DNA of 64,000 nt from Gemmatimonadaceae bacterium. Its GTDB lineage: Bacteria; Gemmatimonadota; Gemmatimonadetes; Gemmatimonadales; Gemmatimonadaceae. The stretch lies in contig JBBDYA010000085.1 in NCBI GenBank assembly GCA_040902005.1, positions 1-64,000 on the forward strand, in the 5' to 3' direction. Of this stretch, positions 38,570-47,078 are shown piece by piece. The notes beneath the pieces are model-generated. The model saw nothing but the letters and a program-made list of their open reading frames with translations, was not told where the DNA came from and ran no database searches. Position 1 is the stretch's first letter. The number at the start of each line of letters is the position of its first letter. The position numbers and the translations under genes are program-made.

Positions 38570-40291
38570 ATGTCCGCACAGAAGAAATCGTCCGCGCGCA
38601 CCAAGGCGTCCAGGCGGCGCGCCGCCGCCGCCGCACCGGCACCCGCGACTGCACCCCCGCTCACCGCGGTCACCGGCGTGCGGCGCGTGCCGCCGCCCGT
38701 GAACGAGCCGGTGCGCGGGTACGCCCCGGGGTCGCCGGAACGTGCGGCGCTCAAGGATCGGCTGGCGTCGATGGCGGACGAACGGGTGGACATTCCGATC
38801 ATCATCGGTGGACGCGAGATCCGCACGGGCGACACCTCGCGCGCCGTGATGCCGCACGATCACCGGCACGTACTCGCCGACTGGCACCGCGCGTCCGCGA
38901 CGCACGTCACCAGAGCCATCGCCGCGGCGCGCGACGCCCGGGCGGAATGGGCCAACTGGGCCTGGGAGGACCGCGCCGCCGTCTTCCTGAAAGCGGCGGA
39001 CCTGCTCGCGACCACCTGGCGTCCCACGATGAACGCGGCCACGATGCTGGGCCAGTCGAAAACGGCGTTCCAGGCGGAAATCGACGCGTCCTGCGAGCTG
39101 ATCGACTTTCTGCGATTCAACCCCGCCTACGCGCAGGAGCTGTACGCGGAACAGCCGCTGTCCGGGCCGGGCATGTGGAACCAGCTCGACTACCGCGGAC
39201 TCGAAGGGTTCGTGTACGCCGTGACACCGTTCAACTTCACCGCGATCGGCGGGAACCTGCCCACCGCGCCCGCGCTCATGGGGAACACCGTGGTGTGGAA
39301 GCCGGCGTCCTCGGCGATGCTGTCCTCGTATTACATCATGAAGTTGCTGGAGGCCGCGGGACTGCCGCCTGGCGTGATCAATCTCGTGCCCGGCGACGCC
39401 GCCGAGATCTCGACCGTGTGCCTCTCGCATCGCGAACTGGCCGGCGTGCACTTCACCGGAAGCACCGGCGTCTTCAACAGCATGTGGCAGACGATCGGCG
39501 CGAACATGTCGAGCTACCTCTCGTATCCCCGCATCGTGGGCGAGACCGGCGGCAAGGACTTCATCGTCGCGCATCCCTCGGCGGACCCGGCGGCGGTGGC
39601 GGTGGCCATTGCCCGCGGCGGATTCGAGTACCAGGGACAGAAGTGTTCCGCGGCGAGCCGCGTGTACGTGCCGCGATCCCTGTGGAAGAGGGTACGGGAC
39701 GCCACCGTGGGCATGATGGACGACATCCGCATGGGCGACGTGCGCGACTTTCGCAACTTCGTGGGCGCCGTGATCGACCGAAAGGCGTTCGACAAGATCA
39801 GCGGGTACCTCGACCACGCCCGCCGGAACGCGACGATCGTGGCCGGCGGCACCCGGGACGGCAAGGACGGCTGGTTTGTCGCGCCGACGCTCGTGGAGAC
39901 CGACCAGCCGGCCTACCGGCTCCTGCGCGAGGAAATCTTCGGGCCGGTGGTCACCGCGTACGTGTACGAAGACGCCCGCTGGAGCGAGACGCTTCGGCTC
40001 GTGGACAGGACGTCGCCCTACGCCCTCACCGGTGCCGTGTTCTCGAGCGACCGCCGTGCCCTGCGCGAGGCGACGCTGGCGCTGCGGAATGCCGCCGGGA
40101 ACTTCTATCTCAACGACAAGCCCACCGGCGCGGTGGTCGGACAACAGCCGTTCGGTGGCGCGCGCGGGTCCGGCACCAACGACAAGGCCGGATCCAAGTT
40201 GAACCTCGTGCGCTGGGTAAGCGCGCGGACGATCAAGGAAACGTTCTCGCCGCCGACGGAATACGGGTATCCGTTCATGGCTGAAGAGTGA
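38570..40291 (+). CDS. pruA: L-glutamate gamma-semialdehyde (P5C) dehydrogenase
   Basis: EIDASCELIDFLRFN, PFNFTAIGGNL, FTGST, GETGGKDF, EYQGQKCSA, FGGARGSGTNDKAG. Confidence 0.95.
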   Translation: MSAQKKSSARTKASRRRAAAAAPAPATAPPLTAVTGVRRVPPPVNEPVRGYAPGSPERAALKDRLASMADERVDIPIIIGGREIRTGDTSRAVMPHDHRHVLADWHRASATHVTRAIAAARDARAEWANWAWEDRAAVFLKAADLLATTWRPTMNAATMLGQSKTAFQAEIDASCELIDFLRFNPAYAQELYAEQPLSGPGMWNQLDYRGLEGFVYAVTPFNFTAIGGNLPTAPALMGNTVVWKPASSAMLSSYYIMKLLEAAGLPPGVINLVPGDAAEISTVCLSHRELAGVHFTGSTGVFNSMWQTIGANMSSYLSYPRIVGETGGKDFIVAHPSADPAAVAVAIARGGFEYQGQKCSAASRVYVPRSLWKRVRDATVGMMDDIRMGDVRDFRNFVGAVIDRKAFDKISGYLDHARRNATIVAGGTRDGKDGWFVAPTLVETDQPAYRLLREEIFGPVVTAYVYEDARWSETLRLVDRTSPYALTGAVFSSDRRALREATLALRNAAGNFYLNDKPTGAVVGQQPFGGARGSGTNDKAGSKLNLVRWVSARTIKETFSPPTEYGYPFMAEE

Positions 40292-40323
40292 CGAGAGCGC
40301 TTCCCTAGCACTGGTCGCGACTC

Positions 40324-41313
40324 GTGTCCCTCCTGATCCTCAACAAACGCGACGTCGAGGCCCTGCTGCCGATGCCGAAGTGCATCGAGCTGATGGAGGA
40401 CGCGCTGGAATCGCTCGCGCGCGGCGAAGTCGTGCTGCCGCTGCGCCCCGTGCTCCGCATCCCGGACACATCGAACCTCTTCGCGATGATGCCGGCGTAC
40501 TCGAGCGAACTCGGCGCGATCGCGGCAAAGCTCATCACGGTGTATCCGGGCAATCACGACACCGGGCGGAGCTCCCATCAGGGAGCGGTGCTGCTCTTCA
40601 ACGGTGAACACGGGAGCCTGCTCGCGGTGATGGATGCCGTCGCGATCACAGCGATCCGCACGGCCGCCGTCTCCGGCGTCGCCACCCGGCTGCTGGCGCG
40701 CGAAGAAACGAGCACCCTCGCCATCCTTGGCTCCGGAACGCAGGCGCGGTCCCACGTGGACGCGATGCTGGCGGTCCGCCCCTTCAAGCAGGTCATGGTC
40801 TGGAGCCGCGACATCAATCACGCGCGCGCGCTCGCCGCGGAACTCACCGTTCGCCACGACGTGTCCGTCGACGTCGCCAACGAGCCCGCCGCGGCGGTCC
40901 GCGCCGCCGACGTGGTGTGCACGGTAACGGCCGCCCGCGAACCGGTGCTCCGGGGCGAATGGCTCACGCCGGGGTGTCACATCAACGCGGTCGGAGCGTC
41001 GATTCCCACCGCGCGCGAACTGGATTCCGCCGCGGTGCGTCGCGCGCGCCTCTTCGTCGATCGGCGCGAGTCCGCCATGAACGAGGCGGGGGACCTCATC
41101 ATCCCCATGCGCGAGGGTGCCATCACCGCCGACCACATCGTGGCGGAGATCGGCGAACTCCTGCTGGGCACCCCTGGACGGCGCACCGAACACGAGATCA
41201 CCCTCTTCAAGTCACTCGGCATCGCGATCGAGGACCTTGCGGCCGCGCGCTACCTGTATGACCGCGCGACGCAGGAAGGGGCCGGCACCCGGGTCGAGTT
41301 CGGAACGGAATGA
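40324..41313 (+). CDS. Ornithine cyclodeaminase/mu-crystallin family protein
   Basis: AKLITVYPGN, ITAIRTAAVS, GSGTQA, HINAVG, FKSLGIAIEDL. Confidence 0.92.
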   Translation: MSLLILNKRDVEALLPMPKCIELMEDALESLARGEVVLPLRPVLRIPDTSNLFAMMPAYSSELGAIAAKLITVYPGNHDTGRSSHQGAVLLFNGEHGSLLAVMDAVAITAIRTAAVSGVATRLLAREETSTLAILGSGTQARSHVDAMLAVRPFKQVMVWSRDINHARALAAELTVRHDVSVDVANEPAAAVRAADVVCTVTAAREPVLRGEWLTPGCHINAVGASIPTARELDSAAVRRARLFVDRRESAMNEAGDLIIPMREGAITADHIVAEIGELLLGTPGRRTEHEITLFKSLGIAIEDLAAARYLYDRATQEGAGTRVEFGTE

Positions 41314-42287
41314 GGGAGCTTCACGCACCCACGCTGGACGAGTGTCGGGAGGCACACGTCCGGATTGCGCCGCACGTCACAGCAACGCCGCTGCTGCGAT
41401 ACGACGGCGATGATCCCGTCGTCGCGATCGACCTGAAGCTCGAGAATCTCCAGCCGATCGGGTCGTTCAAGCTGCGAGGCGCACTCAACCGGATGCTGTC
41501 GATGCCGCCGGCCGAGCTGGCGAACGGCGTGTACACGGCGAGCGCCGGCAACATGGCACAGGGGGTTGCCTACGCCGCGCGTGCCCTCGGCATTCCCGCG
41601 AGCGTGGTGGTGCCCGAGACGGCTCCCCGCGCCAAGCTCGACGCGATTGTGCGACTCGGGGCCGCGATCGTTCAGGTGCCGTACGACGACTGGTGGACCA
41701 CCATGCGCGACCACGGTCGCGCCGGCATGCGCGGCGCCTTCGTGCATCCGTTCGCCGACCGCGACGTCATGGCCGGCAACGGGACGGTCGCGCTCGAACT
41801 GCTGGAGGCAGCGCCGGATTGCGACGTCATCCTGGTGCCATGGGGAGGCGGCGGACTCGCCTGCGGCATCGCCGCGGCCGCGAAGGCGATCCGGCCGCAG
41901 GTGCGGGTGTTCGCGTGCGAAATGGAGGGAGCGGCGCCGCTCAGTGCATCCCTGGCCGCCGGCAGGCCGGTCTCCATCGAGAACAGGCGTTCGTTCGTGG
42001 ACGGCATCGGCGGACGTGGCGTGCTCGCGGAAATGTGGCCCCTGGCGCGCGAACTCATCGCCGGCGCGCTCCGTGTGAGCGAGGACGACGCGGCGGAGTC
42101 CGTGCGCCTGATGGCGCGGCGGGCGCGGGTGATCGCGGAGGGCGCGGGCGCCGCCGCGCTCGCCGCGGCGCGAGCCCACGTGTCGTCCATCACACCCCAA
42201 CCGAAACGCGTTGCCTGTATCGTGTCGGGCGGCAACATTGACACGTCCGTTCTCGCGGCAATCCTCTCCGGCGCCACTCCGCCGTGA
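41310..42287 (+). CDS. PLP fold-II threonine/serine dehydratase or racemase family
   Basis: KLENLQPIGSFKLRGA, ASAGN, WGGGGL, SGGN; no ACT domain. Confidence 0.9.
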   Translation: MRELHAPTLDECREAHVRIAPHVTATPLLRYDGDDPVVAIDLKLENLQPIGSFKLRGALNRMLSMPPAELANGVYTASAGNMAQGVAYAARALGIPASVVVPETAPRAKLDAIVRLGAAIVQVPYDDWWTTMRDHGRAGMRGAFVHPFADRDVMAGNGTVALELLEAAPDCDVILVPWGGGGLACGIAAAAKAIRPQVRVFACEMEGAAPLSASLAAGRPVSIENRRSFVDGIGGRGVLAEMWPLARELIAGALRVSEDDAAESVRLMARRARVIAEGAGAAALAAARAHVSSITPQPKRVACIVSGGNIDTSVLAAILSGATPP

Positions 42288-42325
42288 TGGCACTCACCGT
42301 GCGTTTGCGAGGCCGGGGAGAGCCG

Positions 42326-42616
42326 ATGAAAACATTCCGCGATTCGGAAAACTGCGAGTGGACCGTGTTCGAAGTGCGACGCCAGGTGGGCGTGCACGGC
42401 GACACGTCGTACCTGCCGAGCGGATTCAATGAGGGCTGGCTCTGCTTCGAAGCTGAGAGCGCGAAGCGGCGGCTGGTGCGCTACCCCGAACGGTGGCGCG
42501 AACTCGCGGACGAGGACCTCGAACGCCTGCTCGCAGAGGCGCAGCCCGCGCCGAAGCCATCGTCGCGGCTGGACGGCGACCTGCTCGACGACTCGTCGTC
42601 GACCGCATCGGAATAG
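42326..42616 (+). CDS. Small hypothetical protein (GWLCFE...KRRL...W type)
   Basis: GGAG upstream of ATG 42326; compact Trp-rich sequence. Confidence 0.7.
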   Translation: MKTFRDSENCEWTVFEVRRQVGVHGDTSYLPSGFNEGWLCFEAESAKRRLVRYPERWRELADEDLERLLAEAQPAPKPSSRLDGDLLDDSSSTASE

Positions 42617-42618
42617 AC

Positions 42619-43563
42619 CTGACCGGCTTCACGCCCCCCCCCTCCCCTGCGTCCGCCGTCTTCTACACGGCCGACGTTTTCACGCGCGAGCGCTTCGGCG
42701 GCAATCCGCTCGCGGTCTTTCCCGACGCAACCGGACTGCCGAACGAGCTGCTGCCGCGCATCGCACGCGAGTTCAACCTCTCGGAAACGGTATTCGTGCT
42801 TCCGCCCGCCGATCCGCGTCATACGCGTCGGATGCGCATCTTCACCCCCGGCGCGGAACTGCCGTTCGCCGGACATCCCACGGTGGGCACGGCGTTCGTG
42901 CTCGCTACGATCGGTGCCATCCCGCTCACCGGCCGCGAAACACGCGTGATCTTCGAGCAGGGGGTGGGCCCCGTCGCGGTCACCATCCGGTCGTCGGACG
43001 ACGGCACGCCGGGCTTCGCGCAGCTGAGCGTGGCGCAGCTGCCCGAGTTCGGACCGCCACCGCCGCCGACCGCGGAGCTGGCGCGGGTACTCGGGCTCGA
43101 GCCCGAGGACATCATGTCCGGACGCTTCACCGCGCAGGCGGTGTCGTGCGGCGTTCCCTTTCTGATCGTTCCCGTCAGGGACCGCGAGACGCTGGGCCGG
43201 GCGCGCGTCCGGCTCGACGATCTCGAACGCGTGCTCGGCGCGTATTCGACATCAAAGCTGTTCGTCTTCTGCGCCGAACCGGAGCGGCCCGGCTCGGACT
43301 ATCGCGCGCGGATGTTCGCCCCTTCGCTCGGCGTGCCGGAGGATCCCGGGACGGGCAGCGCGTGCGCGAGTTTCGGCGGTTATCTGGGAAAGCGCGAGTC
43401 TGGCAGCGACGGAACCCGTCGCTGGGTGGTGGAGCAGGGATTCGAGATGGGCCGTCCCAGCTTTCTCAGTGTGGAGGTGGACATTCGCGGTGGCGTGATC
43501 GCGGCCGTCCGCGTGGGCGGAGACAGCGTGCTTGTATCCCGTGGCGAGTTTCTACTTCCGTAG
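42619..43563 (+). CDS. PhzF family isomerase/epimerase; start uncertain
   Basis: DVFT..GGNPLAV, NLSETVF, ELPFAGHPTVG, EDPGTGSA, EQGFEMGRPS. Confidence 0.9.
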   Translation: MTGFTPPPSPASAVFYTADVFTRERFGGNPLAVFPDATGLPNELLPRIAREFNLSETVFVLPPADPRHTRRMRIFTPGAELPFAGHPTVGTAFVLATIGAIPLTGRETRVIFEQGVGPVAVTIRSSDDGTPGFAQLSVAQLPEFGPPPPPTAELARVLGLEPEDIMSGRFTAQAVSCGVPFLIVPVRDRETLGRARVRLDDLERVLGAYSTSKLFVFCAEPERPGSDYRARMFAPSLGVPEDPGTGSACASFGGYLGKRESGSDGTRRWVVEQGFEMGRPSFLSVEVDIRGGVIAAVRVGGDSVLVSRGEFLLP

Positions 43564-43608
43564 CGGACCACCCGCGCGAAGTCGTCGCAATGACGCTCAC
43601 ATGCTGCC

Positions 43609-44118
43609 TTAGTGGCTCGTTGATGGCTCTGTTTGTGGTAGATCCGAAAGGTGTTCCTGAACCACTATCCAGCGCCCACCACGCTTCACCATCACCACGG
43701 TCATCGCCCCGCCCAGCACGTGCGGCTCGCCTCTCGGGTTGAGATGCGGGATGTGATAGGTAGCGGTGACCGCGGCCGCCGCCGGCGATAGCACATCAAT
43801 GAAGAAGCGATCCCACACCCAGCGCGGGTCGCGCATGTTGCTGCCCACGTTGTCCCAGAAGTACCGGATGCCGTCTTCCAGCGTGTCGCGCGACGTGAGC
43901 ACGGCTCCAGAGGTGGCAGAGACCACGCTCCCCGTTTCCGGATAGAGGGCGAGCATGCGTTCCGGCAGCCCGGGGCGCGAGAGGTCATAGGCGTCGCGCA
44001 GCGTGCGCTCCACCTCGGCTCGAACGGTCGCGGTTTGCCTGCCGGTGAGCGCCGCATCAGGTTCGCCACCGCAGGCGACAAGCAACGGTAGAACCAGCGA
44101 GCCAACCCAGTGTCGCAT
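43609..44118 (-). CDS. NTF2/SnoaL-like (DUF4440) lipoprotein
   Basis: Lipobox VAC; C-terminal KRGGRWIVVQEHLS. Confidence 0.75.
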   Translation of the reverse strand: MRHWVGSLVLPLLVACGGEPDAALTGRQTATVRAEVERTLRDAYDLSRPGLPERMLALYPETGSVVSATSGAVLTSRDTLEDGIRYFWDNVGSNMRDPRWVWDRFFIDVLSPAAAAVTATYHIPHLNPRGEPHVLGGAMTVVMVKRGGRWIVVQEHLSDLPQTEPSTSH

Positions 44119-44284
44119 GGTCACGTCCTGTATGGGTGACAACCGCGTCCCGGCACCTGGACACCTTCCTGAATTAACCCCGCGAACACTGCCTTTGCAC
44201 GCGGTCCAGGCGCTGCATTACGCCTGATTGCGTGCCACAGCAGTTCGGACACCCATGTGCCGCGCTACCGGGTAAGGAGACAAT

Positions 44285-45046
44285 ATGCGGACCAAGACGA
44301 GGCACTCGATTGCAGCACTGGCCACCATCCTTGCGACCATCGGGATCGCGGCGTGCGGCGATGCTCGCGCGAGTGCAGCGGAGGATGAGTTCGCGCAGGA
44401 CCTGAAGCTCGCGTCCACCGCGGTGGACCTGGCCCCGGTGCGTGTGGACTCGACGCTCCTGGGCGCCATGGAAGCCAGGCCGACCGGCGCGCCCGAACCC
44501 GCCAGGTCCGTGCAGCCGAGCCCGGGCAACCGCGCGGTGCGCTCGAACACTCCGACCGTGCGCGCGGAACCAGCGACCGACATCGCCACGGTTGGCGAGG
44601 CTGACCTCGTGGAGACGGTGGCGGAAGCACCGGCAACGATGGAGCCCGTCGCGGTTGCGCCGCGCCCGACTGTCCCGGTCATCGTGCAGACGGGAGGCGC
44701 CGGCGACTACGGCGGCGCCGATGGCGGGATCCTGGGCGGCGGGGACCGTGGCGGCGTGGTCATTCGCGGCGGCGGAGTGGATGGCGACAACTGCGAGTTC
44801 CACCGGAGGGGTCGCAGGGGCCCAGTTTACGTGCCCGTGCCGATCGCGATGATTCCCGGAGTTCGCTCGACGCCCACGATAGCGACGACGCCCACGGTGA
44901 CGCGCGGCGGGCCGACGACGATCGGTCTGGGCGGCTCGCGCCGCCCGGTCGGACGGACGACGGCCGCGCAAGCACGCCCGCGGGCACCGGAGTCGCGTCC
45001 ACAGTCCCCGCTGCCGCGTGGGCGCGGGTCGCGCATCGGCGGCTGA
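44285..45046 (+). CDS. Hypothetical Pro/Thr/Gly-rich lipoprotein
   Basis: AAGGAG SD, lipobox IAAC, low complexity, followed by a terminator. Confidence 0.7.
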   Translation: MRTKTRHSIAALATILATIGIAACGDARASAAEDEFAQDLKLASTAVDLAPVRVDSTLLGAMEARPTGAPEPARSVQPSPGNRAVRSNTPTVRAEPATDIATVGEADLVETVAEAPATMEPVAVAPRPTVPVIVQTGGAGDYGGADGGILGGGDRGGVVIRGGGVDGDNCEFHRRGRRGPVYVPVPIAMIPGVRSTPTIATTPTVTRGGPTTIGLGGSRRPVGRTTAAQARPRAPESRPQSPLPRGRGSRIGG

Positions 45047-45067
45047 TCGCAGCCGTGTACTAGCGTG

Positions 45068-45100
45068 AAACGGGCGAGCCCAATGGGCTCGCCCGTTTTT
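45068..45100. terminator. Probably bidirectional intrinsic terminator between convergent genes
   Basis: AAACGGGCGAGCCC-AAT-GGGCTCGCCCGTTTTT. Confidence 0.85.
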
Positions 45101-45132
45101 CTTGCCGCGGCGCGATCGCGCCACCAGGCGAG

Positions 45133-46611
45133 TCACACGGCGGCGGCGGACTCGATTTCCTCGATCGCCGTGCGGCGCACGAGTGCCAGCACGTCCCGAA
45201 CATCCTCCTCGCGCGTCCGGAATCCAGGAATGCACAGGCGCAATGAGAGCGCGCCGCGAAGGCGTGTGGACGACATGAGGACGAAGCCGGTGCGGTTCAC
45301 CCGCTCGTTCACGCGCTCGTTCAGCGCGTTGAGCGCCTCGTCATCCATGTTGCCCGGCGGACGCACGCGAAAGCAGATGATACCGAACTGCGCGGGCGTC
45401 AGCACCTCCAGTTCCGGCGATTCGCGCACGATGCGCTCCGCCAGTTCCGCCAGGGTCATCGCCCGGTCCTGCTCCGCCCGGATCGCCGCGAGACCGAAAT
45501 ACTGCACTGACATCCACACCTTGAGCGCGCGCGAATAGCGGGTGAGCTGTTCGCCGTAGTCGGAGAAGTTCACCTCCGTGTCGCGCACGCGCACGTCACG
45601 CAGGTACTCCGGGTGGACGCTGAAGGCGTTGGCCAGCGTCGCCGGATGCTTCACAAGCAGGCATCCGCACTCGAAGGGCACGTACAGCCATTTGTGCGGA
45701 TCGAGCGTGAGCGAGTCGGCTCGTCCCAGGCCGTCCATCAGCGCGCGCCCACGCGTGGTGAGCACACCGAATCCGGCGTACGCCGCGTCCGTGTGCAGCC
45801 AGAGGCTTTCGGCGGCGGCGAGATCGGCGATGGCGTGCAGCGGATCCACCGCCCCCGTGTTCGTCGCGCCCGCGGTCGCGGCGACGAGGAACGGCCGCAG
45901 TCCGGCGGCGCGGTCCGCCGCGATCATGTCGCGAAGGACGTCCACTCGCAGCCGGAAGGCGTCGTCGCTGGGCACCGCGCGCACGTTCGCGCGCGCCACC
46001 CCGGCGATCCACGCCGCCTTGAGAATCGAGGAGTGCGCCTGATCCGAGCAGTAGACGGTCAGGCGGGAAATCGCCGCTGCGTCGTCGCCGATCGCGGCAT
46101 GCCGCGCCGCGACGACCGCGGTGACCGTCGCGGCGGACCCACCGCTCGTGAGCAGGCCGCGACTCCCGTCTGGCATGCCCATCCAGCGCCTGAACCACTC
46201 GAGGACCACGAGCTCGAGCTCGTTGGGGCCGGCGGCCACCGGCCAGACGCCGGCAAAGAAGTTGAAGCCGGCCGCCAACCAGTCACCCATGACGGCCGGA
46301 AAGGTGGGACAACTCGGGACGTAGCCGAGGAATCGCGGATGCGGCTCGCGGGCATGGTGCGGAACGACGCGTTCCCTGAACTGGGAGAGCACCGCCTCGA
46401 ACGGCGTGGGATGCTCGGGAGCGTCCGGCGGAAACAGCGCGCGCGCAGCCGTCCGGTCGAGCGTGTTGAAGGCGGGCTGGTCGCGCAGCGTGGCGAGGTG
46501 CGTGGTGATCAGCTCCAGCACCTGGTGCCCCATGTCGCGCATCGTGTCCCGGTCGAGATCGAGCGGCGGCGGTGACGCGCCAGAACCGTCGACGCCGATG
46601 GGTGAGGACAC
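45133..46611 (-). CDS. Group II PLP-dependent (aromatic-L-amino-acid-type) decarboxylase
   Basis: HPRFLGYVP, TSGGS, SDQAHSS, HTDAAYAG, LDPHKWL (PLP Lys). Confidence 0.9.
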   Translation of the reverse strand: MSSPIGVDGSGASPPPLDLDRDTMRDMGHQVLELITTHLATLRDQPAFNTLDRTAARALFPPDAPEHPTPFEAVLSQFRERVVPHHAREPHPRFLGYVPSCPTFPAVMGDWLAAGFNFFAGVWPVAAGPNELELVVLEWFRRWMGMPDGSRGLLTSGGSAATVTAVVAARHAAIGDDAAAISRLTVYCSDQAHSSILKAAWIAGVARANVRAVPSDDAFRLRVDVLRDMIAADRAAGLRPFLVAATAGATNTGAVDPLHAIADLAAAESLWLHTDAAYAGFGVLTTRGRALMDGLGRADSLTLDPHKWLYVPFECGCLLVKHPATLANAFSVHPEYLRDVRVRDTEVNFSDYGEQLTRYSRALKVWMSVQYFGLAAIRAEQDRAMTLAELAERIVRESPELEVLTPAQFGIICFRVRPPGNMDDEALNALNERVNERVNRTGFVLMSSTRLRGALSLRLCIPGFRTREEDVRDVLALVRRTAIEEIESAAAV

Positions 46612-46612
46612 C

Positions 46613-47041
46613 TCAGCGCTTCTTGGCGGACTTCGCCTTCACCTTCTTCGCCGGTCGCGCGGACCTGGCCGGCTTGCGCGCCTTCGCCGGCTTCCCCTTG
46701 GGCCGCGCCGCGCGTCTGGCCCCCCCCCCCGACTTCACCGTCGCCTTCGGCTTCGGTTTCGCGGCCTTCGCCGGGGCCGACGGCTTGGGCGGCTCCGCCC
46801 GAACGGCTGGAGCAGGAGCTGCCGTCAGCGGCTGCGACGGCGGCCGGGAGCTGGATGTCTTGAGCGGCGGCAACGGATGCTTGCGAGGACGACCGCTCTT
46901 GCGCGCGGCCTGGCCTTCGGCCATGAGCTTGTCGAACGCCGCTTTGGCTTCCGCGAGCAGCCGCGCATGCTGCGAGTTGCGGAACGTGAGCGAGCGCTCT
47001 TTCTCCGCGCGAAACACATCTTCGGGCTTGGTCGGCGTCAT
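46613..47041 (-). CDS. Basic protein with AT-hook-like motif and Lys/Ala/Pro tail
   Basis: 142 aa from ATG 47041; RKSGRPRKHP; PAKAAKPKPK...PAKKVKAKSAKKR. Confidence 0.72.
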   Translation of the reverse strand: MTPTKPEDVFRAEKERSLTFRNSQHARLLAEAKAAFDKLMAEGQAARKSGRPRKHPLPPLKTSSSRPPSQPLTAAPAPAVRAEPPKPSAPAKAAKPKPKATVKSGGGARRAARPKGKPAKARKPARSARPAKKVKAKSAKKR

Positions 47042-47078
47042 CGGTCCCTGGGTTCTCCCTCGAGGCTGGAAGAATACC

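Noticed and set aside
38480..40144. N-terminal two-thirds of the 816-aa minus-strand ORF
   Set aside because: Antisense shadow of pruA in high-GC DNA; only 37694-38479 looks like a real protein (lipobox, -10 box).
44225..44238. TGGCAC on the minus strand as a sigma-54 site
   Set aside because: The -12 position is GG rather than GC, so the spacing is off by one.
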